Shown one piece after another: positions 37,085 through 48,719 of a DNA stretch of 64,000 bases (its first letter is position 1; each line of letters begins with the position of its first letter). The stretch lies in the NCBI GenBank assembly GCA_030704615.1, contig CM060733.1, positions 25,296,001-25,360,000 on the forward strand, read 5' to 3'. Origin of the DNA: Takakia lepidozioides (Eukaryota; Plantae; Bryophyta). The notes under the pieces are model-generated. The model saw only the letters and a program-made list of their open reading frames with translations, did not search any database and was not told the origin of the DNA. The position numbers and the translations under genes were made by a program.

Positions 37085-38400
37085 CTATCTGTGCTATCAT
37101 ACCTGTTCCATGAATGACTAACTACAGGATTCTCATCTCTTCGACTGCAGGCACCACGCAAAGCCCAGAAGATGTGAGAATAAAAGCTGGGCCCCCTCTC
37201 GCAACTGATTGGCAGCAAACATGACAGCCAGTGGAACATGAAGATACATAGTAGGGAGCATGCTGCAGGCATTGACAAACTGAGAGGCTCATCATGGATT
37301 CATCGTCCCTGCCCCTCTGCATTTTCTAGGCGGTCCCTCTACTCCAACCTCCATCCTACCCTTGCGATTTATTTTATTCAATCTGCCGTACCACAGATTT
37401 GCGCTCTCAGTATGCAATCAAAGTTCATTTGAATGTGTTCATGCTGCACAAAGCAATGGCATTCTTAAAAGTGGCGGTAACTTTTGAAGTAACTCTTCGT
37501 TAGAAGCTGGAGTTGAGAAATTCATTGAAGGCATAGTAGCAAGAGAGGGAGGGACTCACAAAATTACTTCTTGGTTGGCCTCCAATGAGAGGCGGTTCAA
37601 GGATGTTCACCACTTCCGCAGAGGTCCGAGTGAGGAGAAACACTATTTCAGGTCATATGGCCAACAACCTGCTCCAAAGGACTCCAAACACTGAACGAGA
37701 GGGTGGAGATAGGTACTTGCAAAGTGTCCAACGTTTGAGAGGGCAGGTGGTTGGCTGTCGCACTGTTAGGATATATACCCTCCAATCACACACACGCATT
37801 CCGTGAAGCTGGTATGATGCGGTTTGCTTCGCTTCACACGGCATTGAGTTGCACTTTGTGCAGTTTACCAGGCAAATGGAACTGAATGCTCTCCTCACGC
37901 TCCTGGCAAGCTGAATGTGGCGAAAATTCCCTCGGGCAACCACTGAACGTATCCCTATTCTTACATACAAGAACAAGTGATTGCCTCAGGTGAAAACGCT
38001 CTGTCCAGTCATCATTTCTGCGGAGGTTCTCAAGCTTTCTCTTGCTATGTACTTGGTTTGATTTCTTAGGGCTGTGTGATCTTCTTAGGACTTCCCCTGT
38101 ATATTGTCTTCGTGTCCAATTTGATGTGGAGAGACGATGAACACATTTGAGGCACATGAAGCATAATTTTACCGTATGCAGGTCTGATTTTGGAAAGCAG
38201 AAGAAGAGGACATCTAAAGTAGGGAAGAAAAGGAAGGTCCAGGTAAAGCTTTCTGCTAGTAAGAAGGCTAAGGACTCTTGTGGTTATGGTCCATCTGGAA
38301 TGATACCCTTCATGTTGAAAGCTTGACGAGTGAACTCAAAGAGTCACTGGTTTTCGAAGAGCTGCAAGTGTAGAAATACAAGGCAAGCTGCAAACTCCAT
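37085..38400. pseudogene. Partial genomic duplicate (copy 3) of the RUS3/small-gene locus with the same internal deletion as copy 2
   Basis: Matches ~4000-4900 and ~6060-6650, with junction TTGCCTCAGGTGAAAACGCTCTGTCCAGTCATC at ~37981-38013. Confidence 0.85.
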
Positions 38401-38959
38401 TCGTAAAGCCCTATGAAATTTTTCTTATAGCTTTATGGGGCGGGTTATAGAGCAAAATTAGGGCGTCACACGTGAGCTCCCCGTGGGCGGGAGCTTACAC
38501 GTAAGAACCCTGCAACGCGGGAAAAAACGTGTAACGCTCATCCAGCCGTTGGATCTATGGCATGGATATCAACCCTAGATTAGATTAAGTGAAAGAAAAA
38601 ACATCTCTTACATCCATCTTCTTTTACAGACTGTATCCATTTTACCTTCCTTTATTTACCTTTAAAAAAAAAAAAAAAGGAACCCTGGGTGCGGCAGCCC
38701 ACAACTTATTCAGGCCTTGAGGAGGGGGAAAAATTAACCCTCTTTCATTTATGGGCCATAAACCTGCAGGACGATCAACGCCCAGTCCACACACAGGACA
38801 GCGGGTTTGAACCCCAAACCACCACGGCGACAAACTGCACTTACCAGCTGACCTACCAGCCCATATGCTTACCCCTTCACTAGGGCTTCGCCTTGCTCCG
38901 CACTACTATCGACGAATTCTGAGAACTACGTTCAATTTGGGTGGATCGTCCCCATGGGG

Positions 38960-38989
38960 TTATATATATATATATATATATATGTATAG
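38960..38989. repeat. (TA)n microsatellite at the hAT insertion site
   Basis: Direct reading of the sequence. Confidence 0.9.
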
Positions 38990-39429
38990 ATGAGTGTTGG
39001 GCGGTTACCCGCCTGGCCCCGGGTAACCGCCGTTTCCGGTTATGTGGAACCGGACCGGAACCGGACCTGCCTGTGCAGAACCGGAACTGGAACCGGAAAT
39101 TGGGGATTGCGTGGGAACCGGAACCGGCGGTTCCAGCTACGACCACATGTGTGGGAATCGGGTTTGGGGACTCCAAAGCGGTTCCGGTTCCGGTTCCACC
39201 CATGGGCTGTAGCCCTAAGTGTCTCTACAACTCATCGAGCTCGCTCTCTCTCGCATACATCTTGCTCGCTACTCCAGTCCAAGTAAGGTTTGTGTTCCAT
39301 GTCTCCATCTTCTACTTTATTGTTTGATTTCTCTCTCGCTCTCATTTCATCTCCATCTCCATTCTCTTTCCCTCTTAGGTTGATTGATTTAACGTGTTGT
39401 TTGTTTCTTTTCTTCTCAGTTTATCGCAC

Positions 39430-41290
39430 AAGAGGGGGCTGATCTCTCTTCTGCTGCTGTGGCAGGTGGTGGACACAAAGAGAGGGAGTGTGAGCAGTAG
39501 GGCCCCGCCAACCAGCCGTCGCTTGTTGTTGGTGAGCATCCACCATGTTCTTGTTTTTTTTTTAATTTTTTGGTTCAGCGGAGCTAATGGGCCACATGCT
39601 CTTGTATTGTGGTAAGTGGCGCATTGGAGGGAGGAAGTGCCAGCAGGACGGCCCGCGCAACCAGCCCCGTCGTCAACCAGCCCCTTGTTGGGAAGCATCC
39701 ACCACTTTTGGTTATTTTACTGTTTTTAGCTTTAGTTCACCATGAAGCTAATCAGCTTCCTCCTTTTCTGCTATGGCATGTGGTGCAAGAGGTAGGGAGG
39801 ACGAGTAAGGAGGGCCCACCTGCAACCAGGCCCCTTGGTCCATGGTAATCATTGCTCATCATTCTTTTCTTTTTTTCTTTTTTTTTTTCCTGTTTTCTTT
39901 GATAATATACCAAGGGGCTGATAGCCCTTTGCTCCATGATGGTAGATTTTCCATTGGAGGGAGCACAAGCAAAGAGGGGCCCACCAACCAGCCCACATTA
40001 CCCACTCGTAAGTATCTTCCCTTTCTTTAAATTTTTTTAATTCTTGATACAATTGGGGGTTGATAAGATAGCCCCTTAGGCTTCTGTTATAGCAGATTCT
40101 GCATGAGAGGGAGGGAGCCCAAAGTAGGGAGGGACCTGCCAACCAGCCACCATTACCCGCTTGTAACTCCCTTTCATTGAGCTTTATTTTTTTAGTTGTT
40201 TAAATTTTTGTTAAAAGAGGGGCTGATTAGCCCATTGCTCTTGCGCTATGGCTGATCGTGCATAGGAGGGAAAGGAGGGCAAGTAGGAAGGCTGGCCAAC
40301 CAGCCCCTCTTGCACCGCACACGTAAGCATCCCCCTTCATTTTTTTTCCCCATAAAATTGGTATAGCAAGGGTTGATTAGTCGTTGCTAATGCAGATCAC
40401 ACACAAGAAGGACGTCCAGTGCAAGTAAAAAAGCACGTCAACCAGCCCCTCTCATCTTGTAGTAAGCCCCCACCTTTTATCTTAGTTTTTTAATGTTATT
40501 ATTTCCAATGTGTGGTACAACAAAAGGCTGATTTGCCCTTCCTCATAGTGATATGTTGCAATCGGGAAGGGAGCAGAAATATGAGGCCTCTTGACCCGCC
40601 AACCAGCCCCCATTACCCGCGTGTACTTCCCCTTCATTGTTCTTTATTTTCTTAATTATTTTAAGTTTGTGATATAAGAGGAGCTGATTAGCCCCTTGCT
40701 CTTTTGCTATTGTAGATCGTGCATGGGAGGGAAAGAGGGCAAGTAGGGAGGCCTGCCAACCAGCCCCTGTTCCACCACACATGTAAGCATGCCCCTAATT
40801 CAATGTTGCATATTTTTTTTTTCCTAGAAAATTGGCATAGCAAGGGGCTGATCAGCCCCCTACTCTGTTGCTATGTAGATCACACACAAGAAGGAGGAGT
40901 GCGAGTTTAGAGCCCGCTAACCAGCCCCCTCATCCTATGGTAAGCCCCCACCCTTTAATAGCTTAGTTTTTTATTTTATTTTTTCCAATGTGTGGTACAA
41001 CAGAGGGATGATTTGCTCCTCCTCTCATAGTGAAAGTTTGAACTCGGAAAGGGGAGCTAAATATCAAGAAGGCTTGACAGCCAGCCCCTACCTCTTGTGG
41101 ACAATCACCCCACTTTAAAGCTTCATAATTTTCAGTTATAATTCTTCATGTTGTGGTACAACAATGACTGATTTATTTATATGTGGTGGGGGCATTGCAG
41201 ATCATCTCCCAAGGCATGAAGTAGCCAAGCTGACCACTGAAGCATAAGACTGGTCCACCCTCAACTTGCTAGGTAGTTTTTGTAATTTGA
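39430..41290 (+). repeat. About 11-12 degenerate ~150-bp tandem units inside the hAT
   Basis: Recurring GGGGCTGAT..AGCCC and CCAACCAGCCCC anchors spaced ~140-165 bp apart. Confidence 0.8.
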
Positions 41291-41542
41291 AAATGTAAAT
41301 GTACGTGTACTAGATAAAAAAAAATAACATAGATCTAAATGTAGGCCATGTATGTAACATTCAGCTCAATATGAAATAATAAATTGAGCAGTGCGGTGTC
41401 TCTCCCCACACTTTCGTTTTGGCCAGCCATATACCATTCCAAATTTTTGTAAATATATGAGTTGTGCACAATTATTAAATGCCTTTTGGATTCTTTGTTT
41501 GCATTGTTTTTACCCAGGAGTTGTTCCACAAGCTTTTTATGT

Positions 41543-43885
41543 CATGGAGCCCAATATTTTCGATGAACTAGAAAGGGAAGTTGTTCCTGACGTCAATGTT
41601 GATAATGAGAGAGCTTTGGTGGAGTGCCATGTTGCGGAGGATGCTCATTATGCAGCCTCATTTATATCAGCTCATCAAGCCTCGGCTGCAATGTCATCTT
41701 CCACAGTTTCGCCATCACACACGGTGTTGGATGTGGAGGCACAGCTCCCAGTACTTGAAAAACAACGGGATTTTTGGAAGCCCCACAATCGCACTGCTTC
41801 GACATGGGCATTCTATGCAACAAAAGACTCTGCTCCAGTGGACATAACAAATCCACAACAAATAAGGTATGTTATATGTCATCTTGTTGGTGTCACTCCT
41901 GCAAGCAAGAAGGGCATTGTGACCTATAATAAAACCAAAGGTATCTCTGCCCTTCGAAAGCATGTGGATCAAGAACATGACATTGTTTTGCGTAGATGGA
42001 TTGAGAGGGAAAATGAAGGACCTGAGAAGGCCCGTAGGCCAGCAAAAAAGAGGCCCGGCCCCACTCCTGGAACATAGTTTTTTTTTTTTGGAGCTCCACT
42101 CCATACAACCAAAATGATGATCAACAGAAGCAGTTCAATGAGGATTTAGTCTTGTTCATTGCAAAGGAGTTGGTTCCACTGTCTTTAGTAGAATCCCCTT
42201 GGCTAAGAAGGATGGTGTTGAGGCAAAATCCTCGGATTGTTTTCCCTTTTCGACGGACATTTGTGAATGAGGTCATTCCAATCTTGGCAGAGAAGACGAA
42301 AGAGTACTACATGTCCCCATCTCTTCAGAGTTGTGCTACTTGCTCCGTGAGTTTTGATTTGTGGATGTCAAGAGGGGGAACTGACACTTTTGTCATCATA
42401 GCGCACTTTATTAATGAACAGTGGGAGCAATGTCATGTGACTCTTGGCATGTTTGAGACACCTAACACATCTGGGGCTGCCATGGCACATCAAGTCAACA
42501 ATCTTCTTGTGAAGTATGACCTCAATACTGGCATTATTGCTTACGTCAAAGATGAGGGAGGTAACTAGGCAACTTTGACCAATGCTTTGAATTCGGTGGT
42601 CTCATGTGCGTGTTTGGGGTTGGATTCTCAATTTGTGGGTAACTGTTTTGGGCATGCAATGTCCAAGTGTTGCCAGTATGCAACAAATGATGCAAAAGTA
42701 TGCGCAGATATGAGATCGGTTTCTATAAAAAATGCCCAATCAGAGTTGCAAAAAACCATTACTTGGACAAAAAAAAGTGGCAACGACAAGAATGGGCAAA
42801 GACATGTGTGGACAGCGGCATTCATCCCCACAAATTGAAGACTCCGGTGAAGACACGGTTTGCTTCCAAGGTGATCATCTTCCAAGAGACTTTGGAGTTT
42901 AGGCAAGCCATAATCACTTGTTACTCTAGGCAAACCTCATTGGCACTGCAGTCTCGCATACCAAGTTCACAAGTGTGGGATATTGCCCAATCAATTTCTA
43001 CAGTTCTAGGGCCTATGGTTCATGAGTGCATTATGAATCAATCTGGGGGATTTTGGCTGTTGTCCGATGCTCTTAATGCAGCCATTGCCACAACAATTCG
43101 CATGCGAGGAAGTAGTGCTTCCAGGGCTGCAACTGTGGATCATTGCACGGGGGATTTCTCAACAGAGTTGACATTGTTGGAATGGCGGATGGCTCGAGAG
43201 GTGGTATATGTCTTGGAACCATTTCTTTCTTTTTTGGAAGGGTTTCAATCGCGCAAAGCTCACAATATGCTCACGCTTATGCTTGACCCACGTTACAAGG
43301 GGTTGTCATTGGTATCACAATATGTGGGCAAAGAGCGTGCTTTGCATATTGTGTCCCAATATGATAGCATGGTGTTAGAGCCTCTTTTGATAAAGTGTTT
43401 CAAGGTCTTACATCCGGATACTCCGGCCCAATCACAGCCCACTTCCACAATGGACGAGATGTCCTTATTTGGTGTGCATGACCACAATGAAGACATGACA
43501 TTGAGTAATGAGAGAACAACTATCACATTTCAGAAGGACGAAGATAATTGAGGGTGAGTGCGTGGCTCCTTTGAAATGGTGGAAAGAACACGAGTCTCTC
43601 TTTCCGTATGTGGGATTTTTGGCACGGCTAATCTTGGGCATAGTTGGATCTCAGATTGAAGCTGAGAGGGTTTTTAGTATTGCAGGTGTCATAACAAACT
43701 TGAGACGGTGCAGGTTAAATATTGAAAACCTTGATATGTTTGTGAGTGTAGTCAAGAATTGGCCAAATGATGCTAGAGTTGGTTGCTTTAGTACTTCCAT
43801 GAAAGAGTTTTTGGATAGGGAAAAAGTCATCTTAGATGAAAATGAGGACTTGATTGCAGAGGCAAACCTCTTTGAGGAAGAATGA
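41543..43885 (+). pseudogene. hAT transposase (BED finger, DDE, hAT dimerisation domain), disrupted
   Basis: TWAFY...ICH...LRKHVDQEH, SVSFDLWMSR, YVKDEGGN, CFGH, PVKTRF, LDPRYK and PLKWWK...ERVFSIAG. Stops/frameshifts near 42075, 42566, 42780 and 43500. Confidence 0.9.
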
Positions 43886-45458
43886 TTTGTCTTAGAGACA
43901 AATTATTATTCAACATATTACACTATACTCCTTTGATTGAAGTTTGTTTATTTGTCATTTTTATTGAAAATTTCAGTGACATCCCGTGTACTTAGTTTGT
44001 TGTATGCTATATTGACAAAGCATCATCCAAAAAACACAAATTTATGTAGTTTTTTTAGTTGTGCTTTTGCTGCACCATAAAAAGTAACCATAGAATTACA
44101 CATGTTTAATTTGTTTTGTATTTTGAATTAAGATCCTTATGTAGTTAGTTTGTTTTAGTTGTTCTTTGCTACACCGTACGAAAACTTATAAAATCTCTGG
44201 TTTTCCGTTTTTAATGGAGACCATGCGTATTTAACTAGTTATATATACCATAAAAGACAATCACAAAAAACATATAAGTTTATTTACTTCTGTTTTACTA
44301 ATAAATTCCCTGGTTTTAGTTGAAAATTCTCAGTATGACCAATCAGATCAGTTCATCTAATTTTCCAGAAGAATAAAAAAAATAAAAGAATTTAATATAT
44401 TTTTAAAAAAGAACCGGAACCTAACCGGGAACCGGTGGTTTTTTCCCAGCAACTAACCGGTAACCGGAACCGCCCCCATGTTAAAAAGTCAGAACCTGAA
44501 CCGGACCGGAACCGCCTTAATAAAAAATAACCGGATCTGGATCCGGAACCGTCTCTTCAAAAATTTGTGGAACCGGAACCGAAGATTCCTTCACAAAGGC
44601 AAGAACCGCCCAACACTAGTATAGACGCCTCCTCAAGGGAGCGTAAATTATGGTGTCTCTTCACCACAAGAGCTATTGCCTTCCAGCTGAAAGGTGGACA
44701 CCTTCATGACACACCAGACCGTGGTTTGAACCCACAACCACATCCAACGTGGTATGTGCCCGTTACCACTTGGCTACATGCTGGTAGTCCATGGTGTTAC
44801 ATACATCCATCCCGTATGTCATTGTTTTTCGCAAGAAAAATGGTAAACATTTCATTATCAGCTGTCCGAGTGGCTTGGAGTCTTCCCTTGTTTGATGAGA
44901 GGTAGGGCCTAAGGCTTACTCGAGGATGTTGGGAGAGCTCACGCTAAATGAAGTTTTCCCAAAAATCTCATGAAGTTTTTTGGAGCAAGTCCGCCACCTC
45001 ATGGGCTATAAATGATCTTGAATAAAGAGTGAAAATTATTGTCATATGCAAAAGGTAGTAGGATCCATCTGAACATGTAAACACTGAAGGGTTAAATGGA
45101 TATGTAATTTTATATTTTAATAACATAATCTTTTTTTCACTTATTCATTTTTTAGTTTTTAGTTTTTTAGTTAAGAGGGGGGTTGTAGCCCTGGTTAATT
45201 TATTGATAAATTAATGGGGGAATTTATTTTATTTTACTCCACAAAATATTTTATACTAAATATACTCAGAGTCATATTTAAAACTCTTAGCCAGTCCGTA
45301 CAAGTGAGACATTGTGATGGCATGGCACTGACTTCGTCATTTGCCTCCATGACTAGCCAGCCACAACTCTTATCTGTTTATGTTCTAGAAGGAACCCAAT
45401 TGGTTCCATCGCACTGTTGGAGGGTGACCACCCACCTGACAGATTGTGTTCATCGTTA

Positions 45459-46899
45459 CCGTAGTGGGAAGGCTGATCCGACAGTGAAGTGCCGAATATT
45501 TATTTTCCTTACAACAAAACACTTCGGCACAACTTAACCCTTAAGTTCCCAAGCGACCTGAATCGGGTCACTTTGAATTCGACCTAATTTTTGCAGATCT
45601 AATCTGATGGGCCCCACTCCTGAAGCTTTAATGACAAGGGATTTGTCTCGAGTATGATACAAAAAAAAAAATTAAAAAAAAAACAAAAGCTACTACCTAC
45701 AAAAAAAATATCTTAGATCTCTCATTTACATTTTTCGCCTGAAAAGGGCTTGTTGACTGCCGACCTGGCCCAAAACAGATTGCACTCCAAAGGCCATTTT
45801 GGGCAGAAAATTAGCAATTTTGGAAAAAGCGCCTCACCTTGTGGTGTGTGAGCATTACATACACACATCCACCATGGGCTTTTAAAATTTTTGTAGAAAA
45901 AAAAGTACTTCATTTGGAGGCACATTTTCTCTTGTCAATTTTGAGATTTCAATCCCCGTGTAATTTCATGCATAGCAACCATAGGTGAAAAAATCAGTTG
46001 GACCTGCAATTTAGTGGGGTCATAGCCACTCCACTATTGATTGGGAAAATGGTGGGTCTTGGGGCAAGCAAAATTGGATAAAGCTAGGTTTTGATTTGGT
46101 CAAACCAATTTCTTTCTCACTTTTTTCTTTGGGACCTGATATTTGAGATCCGGGCCAATGCTATAATATAAGGCTGGAATCTTTGGATGATTTTTGGTAG
46201 GTTTCTAAGGGCAATTTACTGCAACTGGGTACCCAAAATTGGTAAAATGTCAAAAAAGGGCTTGGGAACTTAAGGGTTAAGGAAATTTCTAGATTACAGC
46301 ACTGCCACGATGAGATTTTAAGTAATTCGGCGGTGACTCCATGCATGAACTTGCTCTATCTACTGTACCAGATGTGATAAAAGAATTATATACCAACAGT
46401 CATTAGCTCAGATGCACTGAGTGCCACCCATATGATTCTGGGGTCAAATCTTGCTACTGACGGCTGTGGTATGGTTCCTGGGCGGTGTCCCACTCATTCG
46501 CCCTCATGGTGCATAAATGAAAGAGGTTATTTTCTTCTCTCACTACTAAGGGGCCTGATTTGTGAGCTGTAGCTCATAGGTGTTTCCCTTTTTTCAAAAA
46601 AAAATAAAAATAAAAATAAAAATATGTGGAGAGCCATGAGAGCATCTGGTCAATCATCAAATGCAGTGATTGTTCAGCCAATTATTCTAGGATTTCTCAG
46701 AGCTAAGGAAAATATTTTCCTAGAGCTTTATGCCTTGAAACATGCATTTGGAGATTTGATATTTGGAGTTTGTTTGAGATTTGAGGCATTTTTTTTTATA
46801 AAGTTTCTGGAATTTTGGCAGTTTTTCCTAAATTTTCACTTAATTATTAGGCAGATTCATTTCTAATTATCTAGTGCCAGATCAGCCTTCCCACTACGG
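45459..46899. mobile_element. TA-flanked MITE copy 2 (inverted relative to 15341-16053), interrupted by a piggyBac-like MITE
   Basis: TA flanks, TIR CCGTAGTGGGAAGGCTGATC, and a body that is the reverse complement of copy 1. Confidence 0.88.
45538..46276. mobile_element. piggyBac-like MITE, family B
   Basis: TTAA at 45534-37 and 46277-80. Perfect 17-bp TIR CCCTTAAGTTCCCAAGC. The empty site (single TTAA) is visible in MITE copy 1 at ~15975. Confidence 0.9.
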
Positions 46900-48719
46900 T
46901 AACTGTAGTATTGCAAGGGATAGCATCCCAGCCATTGTTGATAGGAACATAATGAACGGGTGAGGAAGGGAAGGCATCCCATCCAGTGTTTTGGACTTCC
47001 CCTTCATTAATCCATGCACATTCCAGACTGTGAGCAATAGAATCCCCAGTCTTCAGCCACCCTCCGTTAATGATTTTGTTGAATCTGTCAAACCCTCATC
47101 TGATCCTCCAGCCCTCTCTGGTAGTACATGATGGAGCAAGATCTTGAATTCCTCTTGTCTAATTCTCCTTCCTGTTCTTCTGCCTCTCATTTTATTGAAT
47201 CCTCCCCACCCTCTCTTGCGAATAACATGGAACTGAATGGAATATAATTTCAGTACTAGTAAAAGTGGCAGAGATGAAGTGTAAACTCCAGTCGGGGTTA
47301 CACGGTGGAGAGTGTAACTCTACCTGGGATTACACGGCGGGAAGTGTAGCTAGTCCACTTGGTGCAACTCACACTTGGTCTCAAAATTTGAATAAGTCCA
47401 AATTTGGTTAAGTTTAAAATGGACTAAGAGGAATTACACAAACCATAGAAGCCAAGGGTGACATTACCACCCATCAAGAATCAAACTTTTCACCTCATTG
47501 CCTCCATTACCATCACCTTACCAATATACTACTCATCATATGACAATCTTCCGCATTTTGAAGTATTTAAAAGATAACTGCAGTAACACGAGGTGGGGAA
47601 GATTTGATAGGGGACCTGCGAGAGGAGCCGCCTACATCCGTCGAAACAACCATCAGATCATACGCCTATGTTACATTTTTACAATGTTCTTAATATTTTG
47701 GAATAAAAATATTTCTAATAGAAAAGTTTTTTTTTTTTTTTTCGCGGAACAGGGGGGTGTGGCACTGTTTTACTTTATTGAAAAAGGGGAAGATACAAGC
47801 ATAGCATCATGAGGAAAAATAACCTCAATATCAAAGTGCCATAGAGGCTGCTCTCAAAAGTTGCCTAGTGTTTTACTAGGGCTACGTGTTTGCTCGGTTG
47901 CATGACGTGATTTAATTTGTGGGATACTTTGTATCTATTGCAAATATTCAGTCAGGTATAGGGATCCTTGGAAGATGGGTGCAATGGATGACTCTAGCAT
48001 GAAATCTGAGTTCCTGTCTCCTTGAAGAAGAGATTGTCAATATAAGAATTGTAGTCAATTTTCATCTGTGCCTGTGTTTGCGTGACGAACAAAGAACCTA
48101 AGGGTGTCATACCCTCTGTTCTGTGTTATACCCGACAGCAGAAGTTCAATGCTACCTGCAAAGCATTCAGTATGAAATCTCTCTTACAGCCGCTTGTGGG
48201 CTTTTTTCAACCCCACCATGGTATTGAAACTCAACCCACAAACTTCCCAGACACCAACAATACCAGGGATTGTGGAGTAATATATGTTGTAGACATCGTC
48301 AGCGAAAACACCACCTACTCTCCTCTAGCTCCCAATTTGACACAAATGTGATACAAGATTGTCAGATTATATTGCCAGTTACACCGGCTTGAGATTGTAC
48401 TCATGAGGCATTATATGCAATAGCCTCTGCTGGCTTGATAGATTTCCATCGTGAGAATTCCAGAATCTTGATACAAGAAAGCAAGTTGCACCAAACATCC
48501 CCCTTGGAAATTCAGTCACGGTAGTAGAATTGCTACCATCAACTCAATTTGTTAAGTTCAAGGCTCTTTTGGGCCAAGCAAACGAAGCAACAGTAGGATT
48601 CTCCTTAGTAATACATGTTCTTTTCATAAAACCTCCCAGGTGCTTCCTGATTACCTACACTTGCACGACAAGTAACAGAAGCGAAACTGTTGACCACCAC
48701 AATCCATACTTGGTTGCCC

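Larger units (their letters stand above)
38992..44618 (+). mobile_element. Full-length hAT transposon (5.6 kb)
   Basis: TIR (G/T)AGTGTTGGGCGGTT and 8-bp TSD GTATAGAT / GTATAGAC. Dense GAACCG(G) subterminal repeats at 39020-39200 and 44410-44610. A transposase lies inside. Confidence 0.92.

Noticed and set aside
47278-47360. Two to three short GTGTAA...TTACAC hairpin repeats
   Set aside because: Too short and too few to assign; likely a TE subterminal relic.
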